Assembly: GCA_964016885.1 (NCBI GenBank)
Contig: OZ024742.1
Location: 364,436,001 to 364,500,000 of the forward strand
Reading direction: 5' to 3'
Length of the DNA: 64,000 nt
Origin: Eledone cirrhosa
Lineage: Eukaryota
A program made the position numbers and the translations under genes. How positions within the stretch are numbered: position 1 is the stretch's first letter; each line of letters begins with the position of its first letter. Below the pieces are notes generated by a model that saw only the letters and a list, made by a program, of their open reading frames with translations, was not told the DNA's origin and did not search any database. Below, one piece after another: positions 40,750 through 53,200 of the stretch.

Positions 40750-41639
40750 AATTTCTTTTTACTTAAAAAAAGGGGGCTCACGATTTTTTTTTTAATAAAC
40801 GTAATTTGATTGGTTAAAAATGAAATAATGTCTGTCACGTGAACAAGTTTTCATTAAATTTTCGCGCCCTTATTTGGAAATATATTCTGTAGCCTTTTTA
40901 GAGAATTTTATGACAAGCAAAAGATAATGGTCAAGAGAAATGGGATGGGAGAATTGTTCTGGTTCAGTGCATATGGTTAGTTCGCTGGGGTGTCAGAATT
41001 CAGATTTTCTATTGAAGTAAAGAAAGTAAAGATGTGTATGTTTATTTGTGTGCTTGTGTGCTTGTGTGTGTGTGTGTGTATTGGAAGATGATTCTATTAG
41101 TAGAAATGCGGGAGGGCGTTGTGTGTGTGTATATGGGTGGTATGTGTGTGCGTGGGGGGGGGGAGTATGTTAAGATGGAGAGAATATATATATTTTGTGT
41201 GTGTGTATATATGTGTGTAGGAAAGTGATTCTATTAGTAGAAATGGGGGAGGGAGTTGTATGTGTGTGTATGGGTATTATGTGTGTGGGAGTATGGTTAG
41301 CATGTTAAGATGAAGAGAATATATATATATATTGTGTGTGTGTGTGTGTGTAGGACAATGATTCCTTTAGTAGGAATATTTTTGAATGAACATATTTTCC
41401 TTACTTATTCGTATTTGTACTGTTGTATTGTCAGTGCAAACGTATGTTAAGGTTTATTTAGTTCGGGTTTTTATTTTCTAAAGTAGAAGGTGTTATGTGT
41501 GTGTGTATGTATCTGTTTGGATGGTTAGCATGTTATGGTGTTGATATAATGTATATTAAACCATATTTAATGCTGGTCTATATTTTTGAATAAACATATT
41601 TTCCTTATTTATTCGTATTTGTTCTGTTGTATTGTTAGC

Positions 41640-43010
41640 GCAAAGGTAAAATCGGAAGACTTGGAATTTGTGTGGTCTTATTACTTGCGCATATGTCTAG
41701 ATATGCGCTTAGTGGTATCTGTCTCGTGGTTGGATCTCGTAATTGTTGGCGATGAACTGTCATTCTGTTTCTAAGTGTGAGTTTAGTTTGTCCTATATAA
41801 TCTTCATTGCATCCTTTACATTTAATGGCATAAACTAGATTTTTTGATGAGCATGTGAAGTGATTTTTACAGTAAAATGTTGTCCTGATTTAAATGTATA
41901 CGTGTTACCTTCAATGAGGTGAGTGCAGGTTCCACAATTAGAGCGACCGCATTTTCTGACAGTAGGTTGTGGGTTTGTGGTAGGTAATTTGGCATTGGTG
42001 AGTAATGTTTTCAGTTATTTCGGTTGTCTTTTGCTTTTGATTATTTTGTGTATTTCAAGGGCTTTTTTCATTCTTGGGTTTTGTTTTAGTAGTGGGATGT
42101 TCTTGTGAATAGTGTTGTAAGCTTCCGCATTTTTGGGGTTGTGTGTTGAGATATATGATAGAATATTGGACGTACCTCGAATTTGTTTCTGTTTTCGTAA
42201 TTCATCAATGCCTATTGCTTTAGCTCTTTCTATTCCATTATTTATTAGTGGGTACTCTCTTTCGAGTAGAATTTCCTTTAATTCTTGAAGTCTTTTATTT
42301 CGCGTTTCATAATTGGAGGCAATTGTGCAAATTCTTCTTGCTAGGTTAAAAGGAATGTTCGTCTTCGTGTGCTTTGGATGGTTGGAGGTGAATAGCAGGT
42401 ATTGCTTGGAATCTGTTGGTTTGTATTGTATGTCAGTTTCAATATTTGTGTATTTTTTAAAGATTAAGATGTCCAGAAATGGGAGTTGAACTTGGCTGTA
42501 TTCCATTGTGAATTGGATGTGGTTATTGATGCCGTTTATTAAGTTTTTGAAATCCTTCAGTTGGTCGAGTGTGTGGGACCAAAGAATGAGACAATCATCC
42601 AAGTAGCGTTTCCAATTCTCTGATAAATATTTGTGGAAGTTCAATCCGTATTTTGATTTGGACTGTTCATATATCTGGACTTCTAAGTATGCCATGACTA
42701 AGTTGGCATAAGTTGGAGCGGCTTTTGTACCCATCGCAGTCCCCGATATTTGCTTGTAAGTACTGCCATCGAAATCAAAAAAGTTGTTCTGTAAGATAAA
42801 TTTTAATCCCTCGGTGATGAAGCTTTTTTCTATTCTGTTAGGTATCTCATTGGGATATTGCTCTAGCCAGAATCCTATTGCTTCTAGTCCGTATTGGAGT
42901 GGGATCGTTGTGTAGAGATTCACTACATCGAAAGACCCAATAATAGTGTCGTTGTTGACATGTTTGGGGAGGTGGTTTAAGAGGTCCAGATCGTCTCTTA
43001 CATGGCTTGG
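41640..43010 (-). pseudogene. PLE RT + GIY-YIG, 5'-truncated, with in-frame TAA at 42015
   Basis: SFDVVNLYTTIP, QISGTAMGT..APTYANLVM, WKRYLDD, LPFLDI, YKPTD; after the stop KCGRSNCGTC...NLVYAIKCKGCNEDYIGQT. Confidence 0.92.
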
Positions 43011-43341
43011 TATGTGCACAGACACACATAAGCACACAAATAAACATACATATCTTTACTTTCTTTATTCAATAGAAAATCTGAATTCTAACACCCCAGC
43101 GAACTAACCATATTCACTGAACAAGAACAATTTTCCCATCCAATTTCTCTTGACTATTATCTTTTGCTTGTCATAAATTTCTCTAAAGAGGCTACAGAAT
43201 AGATTTCCAAATAAGGGCGCGAAAATTTAATGAAAACTTGTTCACGTGACAGCCATAATTTCATTTATAACCAATCAAATTACGTTTATTAGGAAAAAGC
43301 CTTCGTGAGCCCCCTTTTTTAAGTAAAAAGAAATTCAAACA

Positions 43342-43415
<74 letters not shown>

Positions 43416-43888
43416 CACACAAATAAACATACATATCTTTACTTTCTTTATTCAATAGAAAATCTGAATTCTGACACACCAGCGAACTAACCATATTCCC
43501 TAAACCAGAACAATTCTCCCATCCAATTTCTCTTGACCTTTATCTTTTTGAAGATCTTTGTAACGCGAACTGGCGCGAAATTTATTATAATTATTGACCA
43601 ACCAATCAAATTACTTCTCGAAAAATCTGGCATTTCGAGCCACTTTTTCCATATAAAACAAGTAACATTCAGTGACCAACCAGATTTGGGAAAAACCACA
43701 GACCCTCCATCTCAACTCTACTTTTGAATAGCAGAAGATCTGCGAAACCGGTAAAGGAACCAAATAATAAATATATATATATTTTTAAAAATAAGACTTC
43801 AGTTGCATTTTCGATTTCATCTTTTTTTGTTTTTGTGTTCTGTTATTAATTCTGGCAATATTACGCAAATATGACCCTCCCCAAGTAT

Positions 43889-43967
<79 letters not shown>

Positions 43968-44024
43968 TATATTATATATATATACTATGATATTAAATAA
44001 ATGGCAACTATATTTATAAAACCA

Positions 44025-44077
<53 letters not shown>

Positions 44078-44650
44078 TGTGTGTGTGTCTGTGTGTGCAT
44101 TTTATTAATTGAATCCCTCGTTTTTAACGCATATTTATTGTAAGAGGTGGTTGTGGGAGATGTGCCTTTCTTCTATTAATAATATATAACAGTTTCCAAG
44201 TTTTGGTATCTTGAGTAATTTTATTTCCATTATTTCATTATATTGTCATTTATTATATATTTTCGTTAAAAACTCTCTCAATGCTACCAGAACGCCTGAT
44301 GCCTCTGTCGTTGGTGCTTTTTTCTGATCCTCTTCAATGCAGTTAGTATCAATTGCCACGTAACATATTACAGAATATCATGATTGTTATATAGCTACTA
44401 GCTATGAAAAATAGAAACATGCATCATTCTTCCGTAGTTTGAGGCAAATTACTCCCCCCCCCCCTTAAAACATCATCGGCACGCTCCTCTATTGATATTT
44501 CCTACTTCAATGTTTTATTCGGTTGCGCTTTTGTCACTACAAACAACAATTTCTTCCTATATTGTCAGCACTAAATCATAATATATACATATACAGACAC
44601 GCACAAACACACATACACACACACACACAAACAAACAAACACACACACAC

Positions 44651-44734
<84 letters not shown>

Positions 44735-44899
44735 ATATTTAAGCTCCTCAGGGAAAGAAGCCTAACTCTAAATAAATGAAGGCCTGGAGGAAATTTGATC
44801 GTTATTGTTTCCAAGAAAATTTTCTGAGGCAAATCTGAAAGCTCACTTGAACAACATGATAACGCACTTCTTATTCTCATTCTTGTTATTACTATTATT

Positions 44900-44955
44900 C
44901 CTGTGCCGTCTGTAATGTTTTCTTGATGTCAGCCCTTGTGGCCAATAAAGAAATC
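44900..44955 (+). mobile_element. 56-bp 3' stub of the Tx1 element immediately downstream
   Basis: Nearly identical to 50195-50251. Confidence 0.85.
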
Positions 44956-44957
44956 AT

Positions 44958-47900
44958 ATAAACGAAAATATTACAAAGGAAAAGAAGATTGTTACAGATT
45001 TAAAATTAACAAATATTTCTAACACAAACAACACCAACAATAACACCAACAACAACACCAACAACAACACCATCAATAACAACAGCAACAACAAAAATAA
45101 CAGCGGTAAAGTCGAGAACGACAATAACAAAAATAACAGCGCTAAGGTCGAGAACGACAATAACAATGACAATAACAACAGCCACAACAACAATAATAGT
45201 GGGAACAGTATCAACAAAAACAACAATAATAACAACAGCCACAATAACAGTAACAACAGCAACAGTATCAACGAAAACAACAACAACAACAACAGCAACT
45301 GTACCAACGAAAACAACAACAATGACACCGATACCTGTAATAGCGACCTCAGCACCACCAGTAAGACCAGTAGCGGCAGCAATAGAGGTGCTGCTGAAAA
45401 AGGGACCACTTCTTTTGCAGGTGTCGCCCGAAATATCGAGACAGTGTTAGTCACAGAGGAGGAGATGGCAGTCGCAAGGGGCATGGTGACAAGAAGCGCA
45501 AATAGAGTTTCCCTGAAACCTCCACCCAATTTTTTCAAGGACCAGCAGCTACGGACGGTGACTTACCGCACCGTAAGCAAAATCTCACATCGAGCGGAGA
45601 GAGCCACGGAGGCTCAAATCCAAAAGGCCTTGGGGTGCGTCTGGGCACGCAAAACCCACTTCACCCGAGGCAGAAAGTACGCCACAGTAGACGTACTTTT
45701 CGCCAGCCCCCAGGAAGCAAAGTCTCACTCTTTGGAAACCCTAAAGAGTGAGGAGTTAGTCTTGGTGCCCTCCTACTGCGGGCAGAAAATTGTGAGGGTC
45801 AAAGTGACCCAGGTCCCACCCAACGTGCCCATACCTTGGCTGGCCGCGTCTGTCCTTGCTGGAATCGAGAACAGGGCGACCATGCTGCAAGTAGAAAAAA
45901 TAGGGAGAGAGAACTGGTCAGGTATAGGCATGCAAATACTTATACAAACTGACCAGGAATGTATCGACGCTATCCCCGATATCATAGACATCGAGGAAGG
46001 ACTCCAACTCCCTATAAGTGTAGAAGGAAGACGGCCAAAATGTTATCTCTGTGGGTCGAAGGGTCACCTCAGGGCCTTTTGCCCGCAGAAGACAGCGAAG
46101 AAGGCCCCTCTCCTTCGAATACCTGGTCCGCTGCTACCAAGAGCAAGGCAGGCAACAAACGAAGAAGCCCCTTCCATGGTGAGTAGGAGGGCAACGTCCG
46201 TAGCACCCGTACCAAGGCCACGGACAACTAAAGCAGCATCATCAGTGGCGGAAACACCAATAGCTACATTTGAAGTAGCTACACCAGCAACAAAATTGCC
46301 GAAGAGGGCTCCACTACCACCACCAACAGCCGTGGAGCACATACCCCTCCCAGACGCCAAAGAATCCGACATGGAGTTTGAGGCGGGAGTGAAGTAGCAA
46401 ACGGTCTGCCACAAAAAAGAAAAAAGAAAAAAAACCTTAGATACACCCTCCAAAAGCGAAGGAATACAAAGAGGGGTAAAGGCAGTAAGGAAACTTGCAG
46501 CAACACCACCACCATCACCACCACAAGCGCCACTGACAACAACAACCACACCACCACCAGCATCACCAAAAACACCAACAACGCAAACACAACAAGACAC
46601 ACACACCAAACAGCAACAAGAAGAAAACAGCAACAAAATCACCCCTCCCCCAAAAAATTACACAGCCATAAACATGGCAAAAAAAGAACTCATACAATAT
46701 GTAAAGCGTAACACAGGCATCACAGAAAAAAACTACTACACTCCACCAACACCAAGAACTCTCCCGACAAACATAAGCATCATCGAAATCTCAATAGAAC
46801 AGTACAAACCTTTAAAACAAAAATTCCCAAACGCAGTTGGAGACTTCAGAGGGTCGGTTACCAAGAGGATATACACTGACATCCTCTTGGAAACACCCAT
46901 GACCAGCGAAAGGCACGATTCTACTGTCCCTTCACCACACCAACAAGGTAAGTGACCCTTTCTCACTTGCCCCGTTTCTCATCCAACAGGGCCGTACTCA
47001 GAATAGGCAGTATAAATGTACGTGGCCTGGGGTCATCTTGGAAGCAGGGTCACCTGCTCAACGACCTCAGGTCACTAAACATAGATGTGGTGACCATCAG
47101 TGAAACTAGAATCTCCGAAGCACAAGCCTTCGCACCGATCATCGGCGGCTACGATGTATACGTATTTTCCAGCCCTCCAGGATCGGGGGGAGGGTTTGTC
47201 GTCCTTTTTCGGAGAGGCTTGGATCTCACGATACGGGCCATCTTCCTAGACCCAGAAGGTAAGTCGGTGGTGCTGGACGTGACCGGCAGCGATGGCAATG
47301 CTTTCAGGCTAGTAGCCTTCTACGCCCCAACAGGGGCAGGACGGCCAGATTTCTTCAGACGTCTAGAGACCTTTCTTGGAACGTCCCGCTCTTTAGTGTT
47401 AGTGGGCGACTGGAACGGTATCTTGGATGCGCGCTGCGATCGTGTGGGGCGAGTGGATAGGGGAGGAGGGTGCAAGAGCCTCACCAACCTGCTCAGACTT
47501 TTTGAATTGTCTGACAGGTATCGACTGGATCACCCGAATGTGCCAATGTGGACATGGACAAACCGCATCGGGTCATCCAGATCGTATCTCGATAGGGTAT
47601 TCTGCAGAGAACTAGATAAGGCTAGTATAAGTTGTCCACAATCTAAAATAGTCGACTACACAGAACACAAATTTGTGATCTGTGAGATCGACATAGACAG
47701 ACTTCATAGACAGGGGCCTGGTTACTGGAAGCTGAACGCGTCTTTCGCGGCGCACAAAGCCTACAGAGTCCGGATTAGCGTATTAGTTAAGCGGGCGTTG
47801 ACGGGGGCGATCGTCAACAACAGGTGGTGGTTCGCCCTGAAAAGGGCAATTAAAGTAGAGTCGATTAGGTTTAGCAAAGGAGTAGTGATAGAGGAAAATA

Positions 47901-50251
47901 GAGTAGAGAGAGAGCTAGTCAGAAAGCTAGAAGAGGCGTTTAGGACAAGCATCGCAACCGACGTGCTTGCAGCGAGATTGGCACTCGACCAATTCTTCAA
48001 CGCAAAACACGAAGGCTGCGTTGTCAGAGCTAGAGCGCGTGCTCTGATACACGAGGGGACAAAAGCCGTCCAATGGGCCCGGGTGGCATAAGCCCGACGT
48101 GGCAACAAAGCCATAATTCGGTCTTTGTCTGACTAAAACGGGTGCGTAATGCTCGAACCCGAGCGGATGTGGGAAGCTTTCCAGCAGCACTTTGCTGAAC
48201 TGTTCAGGAGCGGCGGCGGCCCGGATCGGGGCATGGACTTCAGTGCATACCTCGACGGACTGCCTCGGCTCTCGACGATCGCAGCACAGTGTTGCGAAAA
48301 GTCAATAACAGCCGGTGAAATACGGGAAGCGATAGCTAACTGCACAAGGGGTAAATCGACAGGTTTGGATGGTCTGCCCTACGAGCTTTATGCATTTATG
48401 CCAGACTTGTTCGGTGACCTCTTGGCAGACGTCTACTGCAACTGGCAGCAGAACGGGAGCATTCCCAGTTTTCTGAGCCCGGGAGCAGTGGCGCTGCTGA
48501 GAAAAGACCCGAACAAGGGGATGTTATCAATAATGTCAGGCCCATAACCCTGCTAAACGCAGAGTTCAAGATTTTAGCCAAGGTGTTAGCAACGAGTTTG
48601 GCGCTTGTCGTCAAGGGTCTGGTGGGAGAGGCGCAGACATGTCGAGCACCAGACACGTCCAGATGCTCGGCACCACTCTCAAGTAATACGAAGCGGTGAC
48701 CCGAGCAAAGATAAACCAGGAAAAGTCGGTGGGCTTACAGCTCGGCACCTGGAGAGGCAGGTCCATGCCGTCCGACAGCGTCGTGGGGTGTAAGACGGAC
48801 CGATTAAATTGCTCGGGGTCTGATTCGGACGGGACCTCCAGATGGAGAAAAACTGGAACGAGTTGACGAACAGGGTGGCCTCCCTCACCCAGAAATGGGC
48901 TGAGAGCAAGCTGTCCCTGAAAGGCCGGGCGGAGGTGGCGAATGCGTACATCGCATCCGTCATCTGCTACCGCCTCACCGTCGTCCCTTGCTCCAGCCCA
49001 ACTCTCACCAAATGGAGCGCCTCCTCTTCCGCTTTTTGTGGAAGGGACGCGCTCCCATGGTTAGACGATCCATCTGCTGTCAACACCCGTTGCGTGGAGG
49101 ACAGGGTATGCTATGGCTGATGATGCGCAAACATGCGCTGAGGCTGCGACATCTCTGGTGCTTCCTTGATGGTAAATATGTGTGGTCGCCGTTCGCCAGG
49201 CACGTTTTCCCACAGCTCGTCTCCTTGACGGAGCTGCAGTCCTGGGTCAGAAAAAGACCGAGGGATAGCGCTTGGAAAATGGAATGTCTCCAGGCGCTCA
49301 CTACCCTCTCCCAGCTGGGCACCAATATCGGTGGAACATCCACCTCGGCGTTCTATAGAGGACTAGTGGAGGGGAAGAGCGACGACATTCTTGGAGAGAT
49401 CCTGGGCGTTGAAGAAGATCAGCTGTTTGCTCTCTTCCGGAGAACTTTCAGCCCGGGGCCTCTGAATAACTTCCAAAAATCCCTGGCCTGGCAGTGCTAC
49501 CGGGGAGCGCTGCCGGTTCGAGTTAAGCTCTACAGGCACGGAAGTGCCGTCAGCCGAGCCTGTCCGAGATGCGCGCAGAGCGACGAAACCGTCGTGCACG
49601 CACTCATTCAGTGCCCGAGCATTGCTGACTTGTGGAGCTATGTCGAACAGTTTCTGTCGCGTGTGGGACTGATCCGGTTATCGACTGAGTCCATTGTGCA
49701 GATAGTCTCGCCGTCTTCCTTCGAGGAGAAAGGGCAGGAGGTTTTCATCTGCCAAGTGGCCATGGTGAAAGAGGTTCTGTGGTGGACAAGGTTAAAAGGG
49801 TTAAAGACAGACACTTTCCTCTTCGGCGAATCCCTAATTAACTTTTTCAAGTTTCACTTGAAGAGAAAAATCAGGGTGGAGAGGCAAGTGCTGCTTTCTA
49901 GCAAGTTTGTTGAAAGGTGGGTGAATGTAGCGAGAATGGTCAGAGTGAACGGGACCACTCTGAATATACGTCTGTAGTTTGAGAGATGGAAAAATTGAGA
50001 GAGGGCGCTTGCCCTGGTAATCAGGGTGGCCGTGGTCTTTTGTGTGGTTTTCGCCACGAGTAACCCTCGGAGGTTTTTATTGTTTCAATTTTCATTTTTA
50101 TTGTTTATATATATATATGTTTCTATGTCCTTTTTTTTCTTTTCTTATATAAATAATAAAAATATTTACACGCACAAAACCCACATCGTACCGTCCTGTG
50201 CCGTCTGTAATGTTTTTCTTGATGTCAGCCCTTGTGGCCAATAAAGAAATC
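44958..50251 (+). mobile_element. Tx1-like LINE 1: ORF1 ~44958-46955 (CCHC knuckle, internal TAG at 46395); ORF2 ~46988-49977 (APE, RT with core deleted, zf-RVT); (ATT)n tail
   Basis: CYLCGSKGHLRAFC; SINVRG, ISETR, VGDWN, SYLDR, GPGYWKLN; STGLDGLPYE, RPITLLN.EFKILAK; CPRC..DETVVHALIQC. Confidence 0.92.
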
Positions 50252-50274
50252 ATTATTATTATTATTATTATTAC

Positions 50275-53200
50275 TGGTCTAAGCGGACGTATTTTTTTCG
50301 CTCACAGTAAGTCGCTTTATTTGCCTGTTAAAATTAGTTGTTGTTAAATATTTCTTGTTGTGTAAGGGATATAAGCCCTTAGACTTTGCCCCGTGAAGGG
50401 GAAAGTATAATATTTGGGCCTTTTGGCCCAAATATTTGAACTTTTTTTACATGTTAAAAAATTTAAGAAGAAATAAAATCATGGCTGAGCCACGCCCCCC
50501 AGCGATATGTGGGCTGTCGTGCGACAACGACGTAGAAGTTGAGAGGAGCGCTACAGCGAAATTAACACACATTGATAACACAAACACCACCACAAACAAG
50601 GTAAAGAAAGACACCAATGATACCAATGAGAACTCTAATTTTGCAAAAAATTACAGTAACAGCGACAACGAAAAAACAGATAACAAAAAAAAAAAAAACA
50701 AATACAACAACAATATCAACACCACTAGCATGCAAACAAATAGCGACAACACCAACAGCAACAATACCAACTGCACCGAGAACAACGGTGGCAACAAAGA
50801 CAACAATGTTAACAGCGACAGTGCTAACAACAACACCAACAACAACAACGACAACAAAACCCCCAACGAAAACAAGAAGAACACTTTCGCTGCGGCAACA
50901 GCAAAAAAGAGGCCATACTTCAACATGGACCTCTTAAACAAAGATGAAAAGTTGGCCCAGGCATGGAATCTCATCAAGCAAGAGCAAACTTGGGCCAACT
51001 TAACTGTCCCGGTAGAAACTATTGAGGCAGTGGAGCGCAAAACGGTGTATTATAGATGCATCTCAGCACAAACCAAAGGGCAGCTTTAATCCCACAAGAA
51101 GATGTCGAAGTCGCGCTGAGGTGCATCAGAGAAGACACCCAGTACATAGAGAGGGGCAGACAGTACGGCTCCATTTCGGTGTTGTTCAAGTCAGAAGCCG
51201 TCGCTATGAAACTCGCTATGACTCCTTGCAAAACCAGCAAGGTCATAATGTACCCCTCCTACATGAGAAAAAGAACAGCCTGTCTCCGCATTGCCAGAAT
51301 CCCACCAGGACTTGACATGTGGTGGCTTCTGGGATGTGTGATTGTGGAGGGGACGGATACAGTCCCTATGGAAGTGACCAGAACGGCCAGAGAGGACTGG
51401 TCCGGGGTTGACCTGGAGTCCTTCTCCAGATCAGGCCCGAGAATGTGAAGACAATCCCGGACCACATCCGCCTTCAGAATGGGACGGTCATTCACATTAT
51501 GACCGAAGGCAAAAGGCCACAGTGTTTTATTTGTGGGGAAAAAACCCATTTGCGAGCCTTCTGCCCTCAACTGCTGAAAGAGGCAAGAGGTCGAAAGGCT
51601 CCACTGCTGCTGACGCCGGGGCGAGGACCACAACCGACACAGGCACCGGCAAAACCACCAACAACAACACCAATAGAAAGACCACCACCAACATTGACCA
51701 CCCAGGAGGTAAACGAGGAAAGCTGTCAAATTCCCCCTCCCCCCAAAATACACACACCAATAAAACCATAAACATACATACAGACACAGACCCCTCATCT
51801 ACCAGTAGGGAAAATGAGGGAAATCCAAAATCCTCCAAAATACAAAAAAGGAAACACAAAAAGAAAAAGAAAACTCAACAAAGCACAAAAGCACCCACAA
51901 TAAAAAACGCAGACACCACCCACGCAAACATCTCTCCAATAACACCAACATCAACACCACCATCACCATCACCTGAATCCCCCAAACGCAAACAACCGAA
52001 ACAGACGCAAGAACAAATATACACACAAACATCTGAAACCACAGACACCGCACTCACAACAAACACAGATACAACCGAAACAACACCACCAAAACCATCA
52101 CCACCACAGCCACGCAAACAAATAAAATCACACCAACAAAACATACAAAACTTCGTGCTCGTCAGGAGGGCCAACAAGGAACTGATGGCCCTCGTAGCAC
52201 GAAGTAAAAATATACAAAAAGAGGGGGACATTTTTAAATCGAGCAAATTTCGCGTGCCGGAAGATTTGGTTCTGGTGCGAATGTCGCACGACGTATTCAA
52301 AGAAATACGAGACAGCTTTCCTCGGGACGTGGGAACCCCGAACGTAAAACCCACTTCAAGACTTTTAAAGGGGTTCCCAAAAGAAATCTCACTAACTATG
52401 GAGGTAGAACAACCCGACCTTCACAAGAGCGCGGAAGGTAAGTAAACCTTCCTCTCTCTCTGTTTAACCTGCCAACATGGCCATATTAAGAGTAGGATGT
52501 TTAAATGTTCGAGGCCTGGGATCATCTTGGAAGCAGGGCCACCTGCTCAACGACCTCAGGTCTATAGAAATGGATGTAATTGCAGTCAGCGAGACCAGGA
52601 TTTCCGACACGCGCGCACTAGCCCCCATTTTCGACGACTATCAGATCTTTGCATCTGTTAGCCGGCCGGGCATGGGAGGCGGGTTGGCAGTGCTGTTTAG
52701 GAAAGGCCTGGATCTCGAGGTAAGGTCGATCTTCCGGGACCCGGACGGGAAGTTGGTAGTCCTGGACGTGAACAATAATGAAGGTGGTGCCTTTAGACTG
52801 GTGGCCGTCTATGCTCCTACTGGGGAAGGAAGGCCGGACTTCTTTAGACGCCTGGAAGCCTTTCCGGGTACGTCTCGCCCTTTACTGTTAGTGGGGGACT
52901 AGAACGACATCTTAGACGCACGCTGGGACTGTGTGAGAGTATCCGATAGGAGCGGGAGCTGCAAAAGCCTCAAGAACCTGATCAGCCAGTTCCAACTGTC
53001 TGACAGGTACCGACTAGTTTTCCCTAATACGCCAGTGTTGTTCTGGGCTAACCGCATAGGGTCATCTAGATCGTATATAGACAGGATATTCATTAGGAAA
53101 ATAGACAGAAATAGTATAAGCTGTCCACGTTTTGAAACGGTCGCCTATTCAGATCACAAGTTTGTGATCTGTATGGTCGACCTAGATAAGACGCGTAGGT

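Larger units (their letters stand above)
40050..43895 (-). mobile_element. 5'-truncated Neptune-like PLE with a duplicated 3' UTR segment and an inverted pLTR (~43010-43820)
   Basis: 40050-40680 is the reverse complement of parts of 43020-43820; ~40420-40680 is duplicated at ~40795-41060. Confidence 0.88.

Noticed and set aside
50409-50436. U2 snRNA-like GGCCTTTTGG (possible Keno-type target)
   Set aside because: Only about 10 nt match; flanks are unlike U2 and the match is explained by a local hairpin.
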